NCBI GenBank assembly: GCA_964016885.1
Contig: OZ024750.1
Coordinates: 53,940,001-54,004,000, forward strand
Source of the DNA: Eledone cirrhosa
Taxonomy: Eukaryota
Direction: 5' to 3'
Length of the DNA: 64,000 nucleotides
How positions within the stretch are numbered: position 1 is the stretch's first letter; the number at the start of each line of letters is the position of its first letter. A model generated the notes under the pieces. That model was not told where the DNA came from. It worked only from the letters and a program-made list of their open reading frames with translations, and ran no database searches. Positions 52,601 to 64,000 of this stretch are shown one piece after another. The position numbers and the translations under genes are program-made.

Positions 52601-55600
52601 CTCATCCAACCTGTTAGTACTATAGTCTCTCATCCAACCTGTTAGTACTATAGTCTCTCATCCAACCTGTTAGTACTATAGTCTCTCATCAGTCCTGTTA
52701 GTACTATAGTCTCTCATCCAACCTGTTAGTACTATAGTCTCTCATCAGTCCTGTTAGTACTATAGTCTCTCATCCAACCTGTTAGTACTATAGTCTCTCA
52801 TCAGACCTGTTAGTACTATAGTCTCTCATCAGTCCTGTTAGTACTATAGTCTCTCATCCAACCTGTTAGTACTATAGTCTCTCATCAGACCTGTTAGTAC
52901 TATAGTCTCTCATCAGTCCTGTTAGTACTATAGTCTCTCATCCAACCTGTTAGTACTATAGTCTCTCATCCAACCTGTTAGTACTATAGTCTCTCATCAG
53001 TCCTGTTAGTACTATAGTCTCTCATCCAACCTGTTAGTACTATAGTCTCTCATCCAACCTGTTAGTACTATAGTCTCTCGTCCAACCTGTTAGTACTATA
53101 GTCTCTCATCCAACCTGTTAGTACTATAGTCTCTCATCCAACCTGTTAGTACTATAGTCTCTCATCAGTCCTGTTAGTACTATAGTCTCTCATCAGTCCT
53201 GTTAGTACTATAGTCTCTCATCAGTCCTGTTAGTACTATAGTCTCTCATCCAACCTGTTAGTACTATAGTCTCTCATCAGTCCTGTTAGTACTATAGTCT
53301 CTCATCCAAACTGTTAGTACTATAGTCTCTCATCAGTCCTGTTAGTACTATAGTCTCTCATCCAACCTGTTAGTACTATAGTCTCTCATCCAACCTGTTA
53401 GTACTATAGTCTCTTATCAGTCCTGTTAGTACTATAGTCTCTCATCAGTCCTGTTAGTACTATAGTCTCTCATCCAACCTGTTAGTACTATAGTCTCTCA
53501 TCCAACCTGTTAGTACTATAGTCTCTCATCAGTCCTGTTAGTACTATAGTCTCTCATCCAACCTGTTAGTACTATAGTCTCTCATCAGTCCTGTTAGTAC
53601 TATAGTCTCTCATCCAACCTGTTAGTACTATAGTCTCTCATCCAACCTGTTAGTACTATAGTCTCTTATCAGTCCTGTTAGTACTATAGTCTCTCATCAG
53701 TCCTGTTAGTACTATAGTCTCTCATCCAACCTGTTAGTACTATAGTCTCTCATCCAACCTGTTAGTACTATAGTCTCTCATCCAACCTGTTAGTACTATA
53801 GTCTCTCATCAGTCCTGTTAGTACTATAGTCTCTCATCCAACCTGTTAGTACTATAGTCTCTCATCAGTCCTGTTAGTACTATAGTCTCTCATCCAACCT
53901 GTTAGTACTATAGTCTCTCATCAGACCTCTTAGTACTATAGTCTCTCATCAGTCCTGTTAGTACTATAGTCTCTCATCCAACCTGTTAGTACTATAGTCT
54001 CTCATCAGACCTGTTAGTACTATAGTCTCTCATCAGTCCTGTTAGTACTATAGTCTCTCATCCAACCTGTTAGTACTATAGTCTCTCATCCAACCTGTTA
54101 GTACTATAGTCTCTCATCAGTCCTGTTAGTACTATAGTCTCTCATCCAACCTGTTAGTACTATAGTCTCTCATCCAACCTGTTAGTACTATAGTCTCTCA
54201 TCCAACCTGTTAGTACTATAGTCTCTCATCCAACCTGTTAGTACTATAGTCTCTCATCCAACCTGTTAGTACTATAGTCTCTCATCCAACCTGTTAGTAC
54301 TATAGTCTCTCATCAGTCCTGTTAGTACTATAGTCTCTCATCAGTCCTGTTAGTACTATAGTCTCTCATCAGTCCTGTTAGTACTATAGTCTCTCATCCA
54401 ACCTGTTAGTACTATAGTCTCTCATCAGTCCTGTTAGTACTATAGTCTCTCATCCAACCTGTTAGTACTATAGTCTCTCATCAGACCTGTTAGTACTATA
54501 GTCTCTCATCAGTCCTGTTAGTACTATAGTCTCTCATCCAACCTGTTAGTACTATAGTCTCTCATCAGACCTGTTAGTACTATAGTCTCTCATCAGTCCT
54601 GTTAGTACTATAGTCTCTCATCCAACCTGTTAGTACTATAGTCTCTCATCCAACCTGTTAGTACTATAGTCTCTCATCAGTCCTGTTAGTACTATAGTCT
54701 CTCATCCAACCTGTTAGTACTATAGTCTCTCATCCAACCTGTTAGTACTATAGTCTCTCATCCAACCTGTTAGTACTATAGTCTCTCATCCAACCTGTTA
54801 GTACTATAGTCTCTCATCCAACCTGTTAGTACTATAGTCTCTCATCCAACCTGTTAGTACTATAGTCTCTCATCAGTCCTGTTAGTACTATAGTCTCTCA
54901 TCCAACCTGTTAGTACTATAGTCTCTCATCAGTCCTGTTAGTACTATAGTCTCTCATCCAACCTGTTAGTACTATAGTCTCTCATCCAACCTGTTAGTAC
55001 TATAGTCTCTCATCCAACCTGTTAGTACTATAGTCTCTTATCAGTCCTGTTAGTACTATAGTCTCTCATCAGTCCTGTTAGTACTATAGTCTCTCATCCA
55101 ACCTGTTAGTACTATAGTCTCTCATCAGTCCTGTTAGTACTATAGTCTCTCATCAGTCCTGTTAGTACTATGGTCTCTTATCAGTCCTGTTAGTACTATA
55201 GTCTCTCATCAGTCCTGTTAGTACTATAGTCTCTTATCAGTCCTGTTAGTACTATAGTCTCTCATCCAACCTGTTAGTACTATAGTCTCTCATCAGTCCT
55301 GTTAGTACTATAGTCTCTCATCCAACCTGTTAGTACTATAGTCTCTCATCCAACCTGTTAGTACTATAGTCTCCCATCCAACCTGTTAGTACTATAGTCT
55401 CTCATCAGTCCTGTTAGTACTATAGTCTCCCATCCAACCTGTTAGTACTATAGTCTCTCATCAGTCCTGTTAGTACTATAGTCTCTCATCAGACCTGTTA
55501 GTACTATAGTCTCTCATCCAACCTGTTAGTACTATAGTCTCTCATCCAACCTGTTAGTACTATAGTCTCTCATCCAACCTGTTAATACTATAGTCTCTCA

Positions 55601-58600
55601 TCCAACCTGTTAGTACTATAGTCTCTCATCAGTCCTGTTAGTACTATAGTCTCTCATCAGTCCTGTTAGTACTATAGTCTCTCATCAGTCCTGTTAGTAC
55701 TATAGTCTCTTATCAGTCCTGTTAGTACTATAGTCTCTCATCAGTCCTGTTAGTACTATAGTCTCTTATCAGTCCTGTTAGTACTATAGTCTCTCATCCA
55801 ACCTGTTAGTACTATAGTCTCTCATCCAACCTGTTAGTACTATAGTCTCTCATCCAACCTGTTAGTACTATAGTCTCTCATCTAACCTGTTAGTACTATA
55901 GTCTCTCATCAGTCCTGTTAGTACTATAGTCTCTCATCAGTCCTGTTAGTACTATAGTCTCTCATCAGTCCTGTTAGTACTATAGTCTCTCATCAGTCCT
56001 GTTAGTACTATAGTCTCTCATCCAACCTGTTAGTACTATAGTCTCTCATCAGTCCTGTTAGTACTATAGTCTCTCATCCAACCTGTTAGTACTATAGTCT
56101 CTCATCAGTCCTGTTAGTACTATAGTCTCTCATCCAACCTGTTAGTACTATAGTCTCTCATCCAACCTGTTAGTACTATAGTCTCTCATCAGTCCTGTTA
56201 GTACTATAGTCTCTCATCAGTCCTGTTAGTACTATAGTCTCTCATCAGTCCTGTTAGTACTATAGTCTCTCATCAGTCCTGTTAGTACTGTAGTCTCTCA
56301 TCAGTCCTGTTAGTACTATAGTCTCTCATCAGTCCTGTTAGTACTATAGTCTCTCCTCCAACCTGTTAGTACTATAGTCTCTCATCCAACCTGTTAGTAC
56401 TATAGTCTCTCATCAGTCCTGTTAGTACTATAGTCTCTCATCAGTCCTGTTAGTACTATAGTCTCTCATCAGTCCTGTTAGTACTATAGTCTCTCATCAG
56501 TCCTGTTAGTACTATAGTCTCTCATCCAACCTGTTAGTACTATAGTCTCTCATCAGTCCTGTTAGTACTATAGTCTCTCATCAGTCCTGTTAGTACTATA
56601 GTCTCTCATCAGTCCTGTTAGTACTATAGTCTCTCATCAGTCCTGTTAGTACTATAGTCTCTCATCCAACCTGTTAGTACTATAGTCTCTCATCAGTCCT
56701 GTTAGTACTATAGTCTCTCATCAGTCCTGTTAGTACTATAGTCTCTCATCAGACCTGTTAGTACTATAGTCTCTCATCCAACCTGTTAGTACTATAGTCT
56801 CTCATCCAACCTGTTAGTACTATAGTCTCTCCTCCAACCTGTTAGTACTATAATCTCTCATCAGTCCTGTTAGTACTATAGTCTCTCATCAGTCCTGTTA
56901 GTACTATAGTCTCTCATCAGACCTGTTAGTACTATAGTCTCTCATCCAACCTGTTAGTACTATAGTCTCTCATCCAACCTGTTAGTACTATAGTCTCTCC
57001 TCCAACCTGTTAGTACTATAGTCTCTCATCAGTCCTGTTAGTACTATAGTCTCTCATCAGACCTGTTAGTACTATAGTCTCTCATCCAACCTGTTAGTAC
57101 TATAGTCTCTCATCCACCCTGTTAGTACTATAGTCTCTCATCAGTCCTGTTAGTACTATAGTCTCTCATCAGTCCTGTTAGTACTATAGTCTCTCATCCA
57201 ACCTGTTAGTACTATAGTCTCTCATCAGTCCTGTTAGTACTATAGTCTCTCATCAGTCCTGTTAGTACTATAGTCTCTCATCCAACCTGTTAGTACTATA
57301 GTCTCTCATCAGTCCTGTTAGTACTATAGTCTCTCATCAGTCCTGTTAGTACTATAGTCTCTCATCCAACCTGTTAGTACTATAGTCTCTCCTCCAACCT
57401 GTTAGTACTATAGTCTCTCATCAGTCCTGTTAGTACTATAGTCTCTCATCCAACCTGTTAGTACTATAGTCTCTCATCCAACCTGTTAGTACTATAGTCT
57501 CTCATCAGTCCTGTTAGTACTATAGTCTCTCATCAGTCCTGTTAGTACTATAGTCTCTCATCAGTCCTGTTAGTACTATAGTCTCTCATCAGTCCTGTTA
57601 GTACTATAGTCTCTCATCAGACCTGTTAGTACTATAGTCTCTCATCCAACCTGTTAGTACTATAGTCTCTCATCCAACCTGTTAGTACTATAGTCTCTCA
57701 TCAGTCCTGTTAGTACTATAGTCTCTCATCAGTCCTGTTAGTACTATAGTCTCTCATCCAACCTGTTAGTACTATAGTCTCTCATCCAACCTGTTAGTAC
57801 TATAGTCTCTCATCCAACCTGTTAGTACTATAGTCTCTCATCAGTCCTGTTAGTACTATAGTCTCTCATCAGTCCTGTTAGTACTATAGTCTCTCATCCA
57901 ACCTGTTAGTACTATAGTCTCTCATCCAACCTGTTAGTACTATAGTCTCTCATCCAACCTGTTAGTACTATAGTCTCTCATCAGTCCTGTTAGTACTATA
58001 GTCTCTCATCAGTCCTGTTAGTACTATAGACTCTCATCAGTCCTGTTAGTACTATAGTCTCTCATCAGTCCTGTTAGTACTATAGTCTCTCATCAGACCT
58101 GTTAGTACTATAGTCTCTCATCCAACCTGTTAGTACTATAGTCTCTCATCCAACCTGTTAGTACTATAGTCTCTCATCAGTCCTGTTAGTACTATAGTCT
58201 CTCATCAGTCCTGTTAGTACTATAGTCTCTCATCCAACCTGTTAGTACTATAGTCTCTCATCCAACCTGTTAGTACTATAGTCTCTCATCCAACCTGTTA
58301 GTACTATAGTCTCTCATCAGTCCTGTTAGTACTATAGTCTCTCATCAGTCCTGTTAGTACTATAGTCTCTCCTCCAACCTGTTAGTACTATAGTCTCTCA
58401 TCCAACCTGTTAGTACTATAGTCTCTCATCCAACCTGTTAGTACTATAGTCTCTCATCAGTCCTGTTAGTACTATAGTCTCTCATCCAACCTGTTAGTAC
58501 TATAGTCTCTCATCAGTCCTGTTAGTACTATAGTCTCTCATCCAACCTGTTAGTACTATAGTCTCTCATCAGTCCTGTTAGTACTATAGTCTCTCATCAG

Positions 58601-61600
58601 TCCTGTTAGTACTATAGTCTCTCATCCAACCTGTTAGTACTATAGTCTCTCATCAGTCCTGTTAGTACTATAGTCTCTCATCCAACCTGTTAGTACTATA
58701 GTCTCTCATCAGTCCTGTTAGTACTATAGTCTCTCATCCAACCTGTTAGTACTATAGTCTCTCATCAGTCCTGTTAGTACTATAGTCTCTCATCAGTCCT
58801 GTTAGTACTATAGTCTCTCATCCAACCTGTTAGTACTATAGTCTCTCATCAGTCCTGTTAGTACTATAGTCTCTCATCCAACCTGTTAGTACTATAGTCT
58901 CTCATCAGTCCTGTTAGTACTATAGTCTCTCATCCAACCTGTTAGTACTATAGTCTCTCATCAGTCCTGTTAGTACTATAGTCTCTCATCCAACCTGTTA
59001 GTACTATAGTCTCTCATCAGTCCTGTTAGTACTATAGTCTCTCATCAGTCCTGTTAGTACTATAGTCTCTCATCCAACCTGTTAGTACTATAGTCTCTCA
59101 TCAGTCCTGTTAGTACTATAGTCTCTCATCCAACCTGTTAGTACTATAGTCTCTCATCAGTCCTGTTAGTACTATAGTCTCTCATCCAACCTGTTAGTAT
59201 TATAGTCTCTCATCAGTCCTGTTAGTACTATAGTCTCTCATCAGTCCTGTTAGTACTATAGTCTCTCATCCAACCTGTTAGTACTATAGTCTCTCATCAG
59301 TCCTGTTAGTACTATAGTCTCTCATCCAACCTGTTAGTACTATAGTCTCTCATCAGTCCTGTTAGTACTATAGTCTCTCATCCAACCTGTTAGTACTATA
59401 GTCTCTCATCAGTCCTGTTAGTACTATAGTCTCTCATCCAACCTGTTAGTACTATAGTCTCTCATCAGTCCTGTTAGTACTATAGTCTCTCATCAGTCCT
59501 GTTAGTACTATAGTCTCTCATCCAACCTGTTAGTACTATAGTCTCTCCTCCAACCTGTTAGTACTATAGTCTCTCATCAGTCCTGTTAGTACTATAGTCT
59601 CTCATCCAACCTGTTAGTACTATAGTCTCTCATCCAACCTGTTAGTACTATAGTCTCTCATCAGTCCTGTTAGTACTATAGTCTCTCATCAGTCCTGTTA
59701 GTACTATAGTCTCTCATCAGTCCTGTTAGTACTATAGTCTCTCATCAGTCCTGTTAGTACTATAGTCTCTCATCAGACCTGTTAGTACTATAGTCTCTCA
59801 TCCAACCTGTTAGTACTATAGTCTCTCATCCAACCTGTTAGTACTATAGTCTCTCATCAGTCCTGTTAGTACTATAGTCTCTCATCAGTCCTGTTAGTAC
59901 TATAGTCTCTCATCCAACCTGTTAGTACTATAGTCTCTCATCCAACCTGTTAGTACTATAGTCTCTCATCCAACCTGTTAGTACTATAGTCTCTCATCAG
60001 TCCTGTTAGTACTATAGTCTCTCATCAGTCCTGTTAGTACTATAGTCTCTCCTCCAACCTGTTAGTACTATAGTCTCTCATCCAACCTGTTAGTACTATA
60101 GTCTCTCATCCAACCTGTTAGTACTATAGTCTCTCATCAGTCCTGTTAGTACTATAGTCTCTCATCAGTCCTGTTAGTACTATAGTCTCTCATCCAACCT
60201 GTTAGTACTATAGTCTCTCATCCAACCTGTTAGTACTATAGTCTCTCATCCAACCTGTTAGTACTATAGTCTCTCATCAGTCCTGTTAGTACTATAGTCT
60301 CTCATCAGTCCTGTTAGTACTATAGTCTCTCCTCCAACCTGTTAGTACTATAGTCTCTCATCCAACCTGTTAGTACTATAGTCTCTCATCAGTCCTGTTA
60401 GTACTATAGTCTCTCATCAGTCCTGTTAGTACTATAGTCTCTCCTCCAACCTGTTAGTACTATAGTCTCTCATCCAACCTGTTAGTACTATAGTCTCTCA
60501 TCCAACCTGTTAGTACTATAGTCTCTCATCAGTCCTGTTAGTACTATAGTCTCTCATCAGTCCTGTTAGTACTATAGTCTCTCATCCAACCTGTTAGTAC
60601 TATAGTCTCTCATCCAACCTGTTAGTACTATAGTCTCTCATCCAACCTGTTAGTACTATAGTCTCTCATCAGTCCTGTTAGTACTATAGTCTCTCATCAG
60701 TCCTGTTAGTACTATAGTTTCTCCTCCAACCTGTTAGTACTATAGTCTCTCATCCAACCTGTTAGTACTATAGTCTCTCATCAGTCCTGTTAGTACTATA
60801 GTCTCTCATCAGTCCTGTTAGTACTATAGTCTCTCATCAGTCCTGTTAGTACTATAGTCTCTCATCAGTCCTGTTAGTACTATAGTCTCTCATCCAACCT
60901 GTTAGTACTATAGTCTCTCATCAGTCCTGTTAGTACTATAGTCTCTCATCAGTCCTGTTAGTACTATAGTCTCTCATCAGACCTGTTAGTACTATAGTCT
61001 CTCATCCAACCTGTTAGTACTATAGTCTCTCCTCCAACCTGTTAGTACTATAGTCTCTCATCCAACCTGTTAGTACTATAGTCTCTCATCCAACCTGTTA
61101 GTACTATAGTCTCTCATCCAACCTGTTAGTACTATAGTCTCTCATCAGTCCTGTTAGTACTATAGTCTCTCATCAGTCCTGTTAGTACTATAGTCTCTCC
61201 TCCAACCTGTTAGTACTATAGTCTCTCATCAGTCCTGTTAGTACTATAGTCTCTCATCAGTCCTGTTAGTACTATAGTCTCTCATCCAACCTGTTAGTAC
61301 TATAGTCTCTCATCAGTCCTGTTAGTACTATAGTCTCTCATCAGTCCTGTTAGTACTATAGTCTCTCATCAGTCCTGTTAGTACTATAGTCTCTCATCAG
61401 TCCTGTTAGTACTATAGTCTCTCCTCCAACCTGTTAGTACTATAGTCTCTCATCCAACCTGTTAGTACTATAGTCTCTCATCAGTCCTGTTAGTACTATA
61501 GTCTCTCATCCAACCTGTTAGTACTATAGTCTCTCATCAGTCCTGTTAGTACTATAGTCTCTCATCAGTCCTGTTAGTACTATAGTCTCTCATCAGTCCT

Positions 61601-64000
61601 GTTAGTACTATAGTCTCTCATCAGTCCTGTTAGTACTATAGTCTCTCATCCAACCTGTTAGTACTATAGTCTCTCATCCAACCTGTTAGTACTATAGTCT
61701 CTCATCCAACCTGTTAGTACTATAGTCTCTCATCAGTCCTGTTAGTACTATAGTCTCTCATCCAACCTGTTAGTACTATAGTCTCTCATCCAACCTGTTA
61801 GTACTATAGTCTCTCATCAGTCCTGTTAGTACTATAGTCTCTCATCCAACCTGTTAGTACTATAGTCTCTCATCCAACCTGTTAGTACTATAGTCTCTCA
61901 TCAGTCCTGTTAGTACTATAGTCTCTCATCCAACCTGTTAGTACTATAGTCTCTCATCCAACCTGTTAGTACTATAGTCTCTCATCAGTCCTGTTAGTAC
62001 TATAGTCTCTCATCAGTCCTGTTAGTACTATAGTCTCTCATCAGTCCTGTTAGTACTATAGTCTCTCATCAGTCCTGTTAGTACTATAGTCTCTCATCAG
62101 TCCTGTTAGTACTATAGTCTCTCATCAGTCCTGTTAGTACTATAGTCTCTCATCCAACCTGTTAGTACTATAGTCTCTCATCCAACCTGTTAGTACTATA
62201 GTCTCTCATCCAACCTGTTAGTACTATAGTCTCTCATCAGTCCTGTTAGTACTATAGTCTCTCATCCAACCTGTTAGTACTATAGTCTCCATCCAACCTG
62301 TTAGTACTATAGTCTCTCATCAGTCCTGTTAGTACTATAGTCTCTCATCAGTCCTGTTAGTACTATAGTCTCTCATCCAACCTGTTAGTACTATAGTCTC
62401 TCATCAGTCCTGTTAGTACTATAGTCTCTCATCAGTCCTGTTAGTACTATAGTCTCTCATCCAACCTGTTAGTACTATAGTCTCTCATCAGTCCTGTTAG
62501 TACTATAGTCTCTCATCCAACCTGTTAGTACTATAGTCTCTCATCCAACCTGTTAGTACTATAGTCTCTCATCAGTCCTGTTAGTACTATAGTCTCTCAT
62601 CCAACCTGTTAGTACTATAGTCTCTCATCCAACCTGTTAGTACTATAGTCTCTCATCAGTCCTGTTAGTACTATAGTCTCTCATCAGTCCTGTTAGTACT
62701 ATAGTCTCTCATCAGTCCTGTTAGTACTATAGTCTCTCATCAGTCCTGTTAGTACTATAGTCTCTCATCCAACCTGTTAGTACTATAGTCTCTCATCAGT
62801 CCTGTTAGTACTATAGTCTCTCATCAGTCCTGTTAGTACTATAGTCTCTCATCAGTCCTGTTAGTACTATAGTCTCTCATCCAACCTGTTAGTACTATAG
62901 TCTCTCATCCAACCTGTTAGTACTATAGTCTCTCATCAGTCCTGTTAGTACTATAGTCTCTCATCCAACCTGTTAGTACTATAGTCTCTCATCCAACCTG
63001 TTAGTACTATAGTCTCTCATCAGTCCTGTTAGTACTATAGTCTCTCATCCAACCTGTTAGTACTATAGTCTCTCATCCAACCTGTTAGTACTATAGTCTC
63101 TCATCCAACCTGTTAGTACTATAGTCTCTCATCCAACCTGTTAGTACTATAGTCTCTCCTCCAACCTGTTAGTACTATAGTCTCTCATCCAACCTGTTAG
63201 TACTATAGTCTCTCATCCAACCTGTTAGTACTATAGTCTCTCATCAGTCCTGTTAGTACTATAGTCTCTCATCCAACCTGTTAGTACTATAGTCTCTCAT
63301 CAGTCCTGTTAGTACTATAGTCTCTCATCCAACCTGTTAGTACTATAGTCTCTCATCAGTCCTGTTAGTACTATAGTCTCTCATCAGTCCTGTTAGTACT
63401 ATAGTCTCTCATCCAACCTGTTAGTACTATAGTCTCTCATCCAACCTGTTAGTACTATAGTCTCTCATCAGTCCTGTTAGTACTATAGTCTCTCATCAGT
63501 CCTGTTAGTACTATAGTCTCTCATCAGTCCTGTTAGTACTATAGTCTCTCATCCAACCTGTTAGTACTATAGTCTCTCATCAGTCCTGTTAGTACTATAG
63601 TCTCTCATCAGTCCTGTTAGTACTATAGTCTCTCATCAGTCCTGTTAGTACTATAGTCTCTCATCAGTCCTGTTAGTACTATAGTCTCTCCTCCAACCTG
63701 TTAGTACTATAGTCTCTCATCCAACCTGTTAGTACTATAGTCTCTCATCAGTCCTGTTAGTACTATAGTCTCTCATCCAACCTGTTAGTACTATAGTCTC
63801 TCATCAGTCCTGTTAGTACTATAGTCTCTCATCAGTCCTGTTAGTACTATAGTCTCTCATCAGTCCTGTTAGTACTATAGTCTCTCATCAGTCCTGTTAG
63901 TACTATAGTCTCTCATCCAACCTGTTAGTACTATAGTCTCTCATCCAACCTGTTAGTACTATAGTCTCTCATCCAACCTGTTAGTACTATAGTCTCTCAT
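43622..64000. repeat. 28-bp tandem minisatellite, over 700 copies, two major interspersed variants, truncated at the window end
   Basis: Unit CCTGTTAGTACTATAGTCTCTCATC(AGT/CAA). CCTG recurs at 43681 and 43709. Confidence 0.99.
46881..47080. other. Assembly gap (200 N)
   Basis: Run of N inside the array. Confidence 1.

Overview
Eukaryotic, AT-rich, repeat-dominated DNA. The (TA)n tracts, RTE LINEs with (GAT)n tails and tRNA-derived SINEs resemble an octopus or other coleoid cephalopod genome (inference). Two large minisatellite arrays bracket the window: a 46/49-bp array at 1-8047 and a 28-bp two-variant array at 43622-64000, which contains a 200-N gap. Between them lie a decayed Helitron with a recognisable 3' hairpin-CTAG end, three minus-strand RTE LINE copies, two Penelope-like retroelement (PLE) remnants, several SINEs and MITEs, and one clear host coding exon (42731-43304, product not recognised). 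Four observations stand out. (i) Several type I hammerhead ribozymes occur in PLE or foldback elements, including a sense-strand one about 125 nt upstream of the host exon's splice acceptor, inside a ~745-bp inverted repeat. (ii) A 2.6-kb module carries a mini-intron-split SGNH/GDSL esterase gene and a convergent unknown ORF. (iii) A convergent 23-aa STPR-like repeat gene lies inside the Helitron. (iv) The 28-bp satellite has a binary variant pattern, and its minus strand resembles a collapsed hammerhead core. All calls are from reading by eye; no database search was run.
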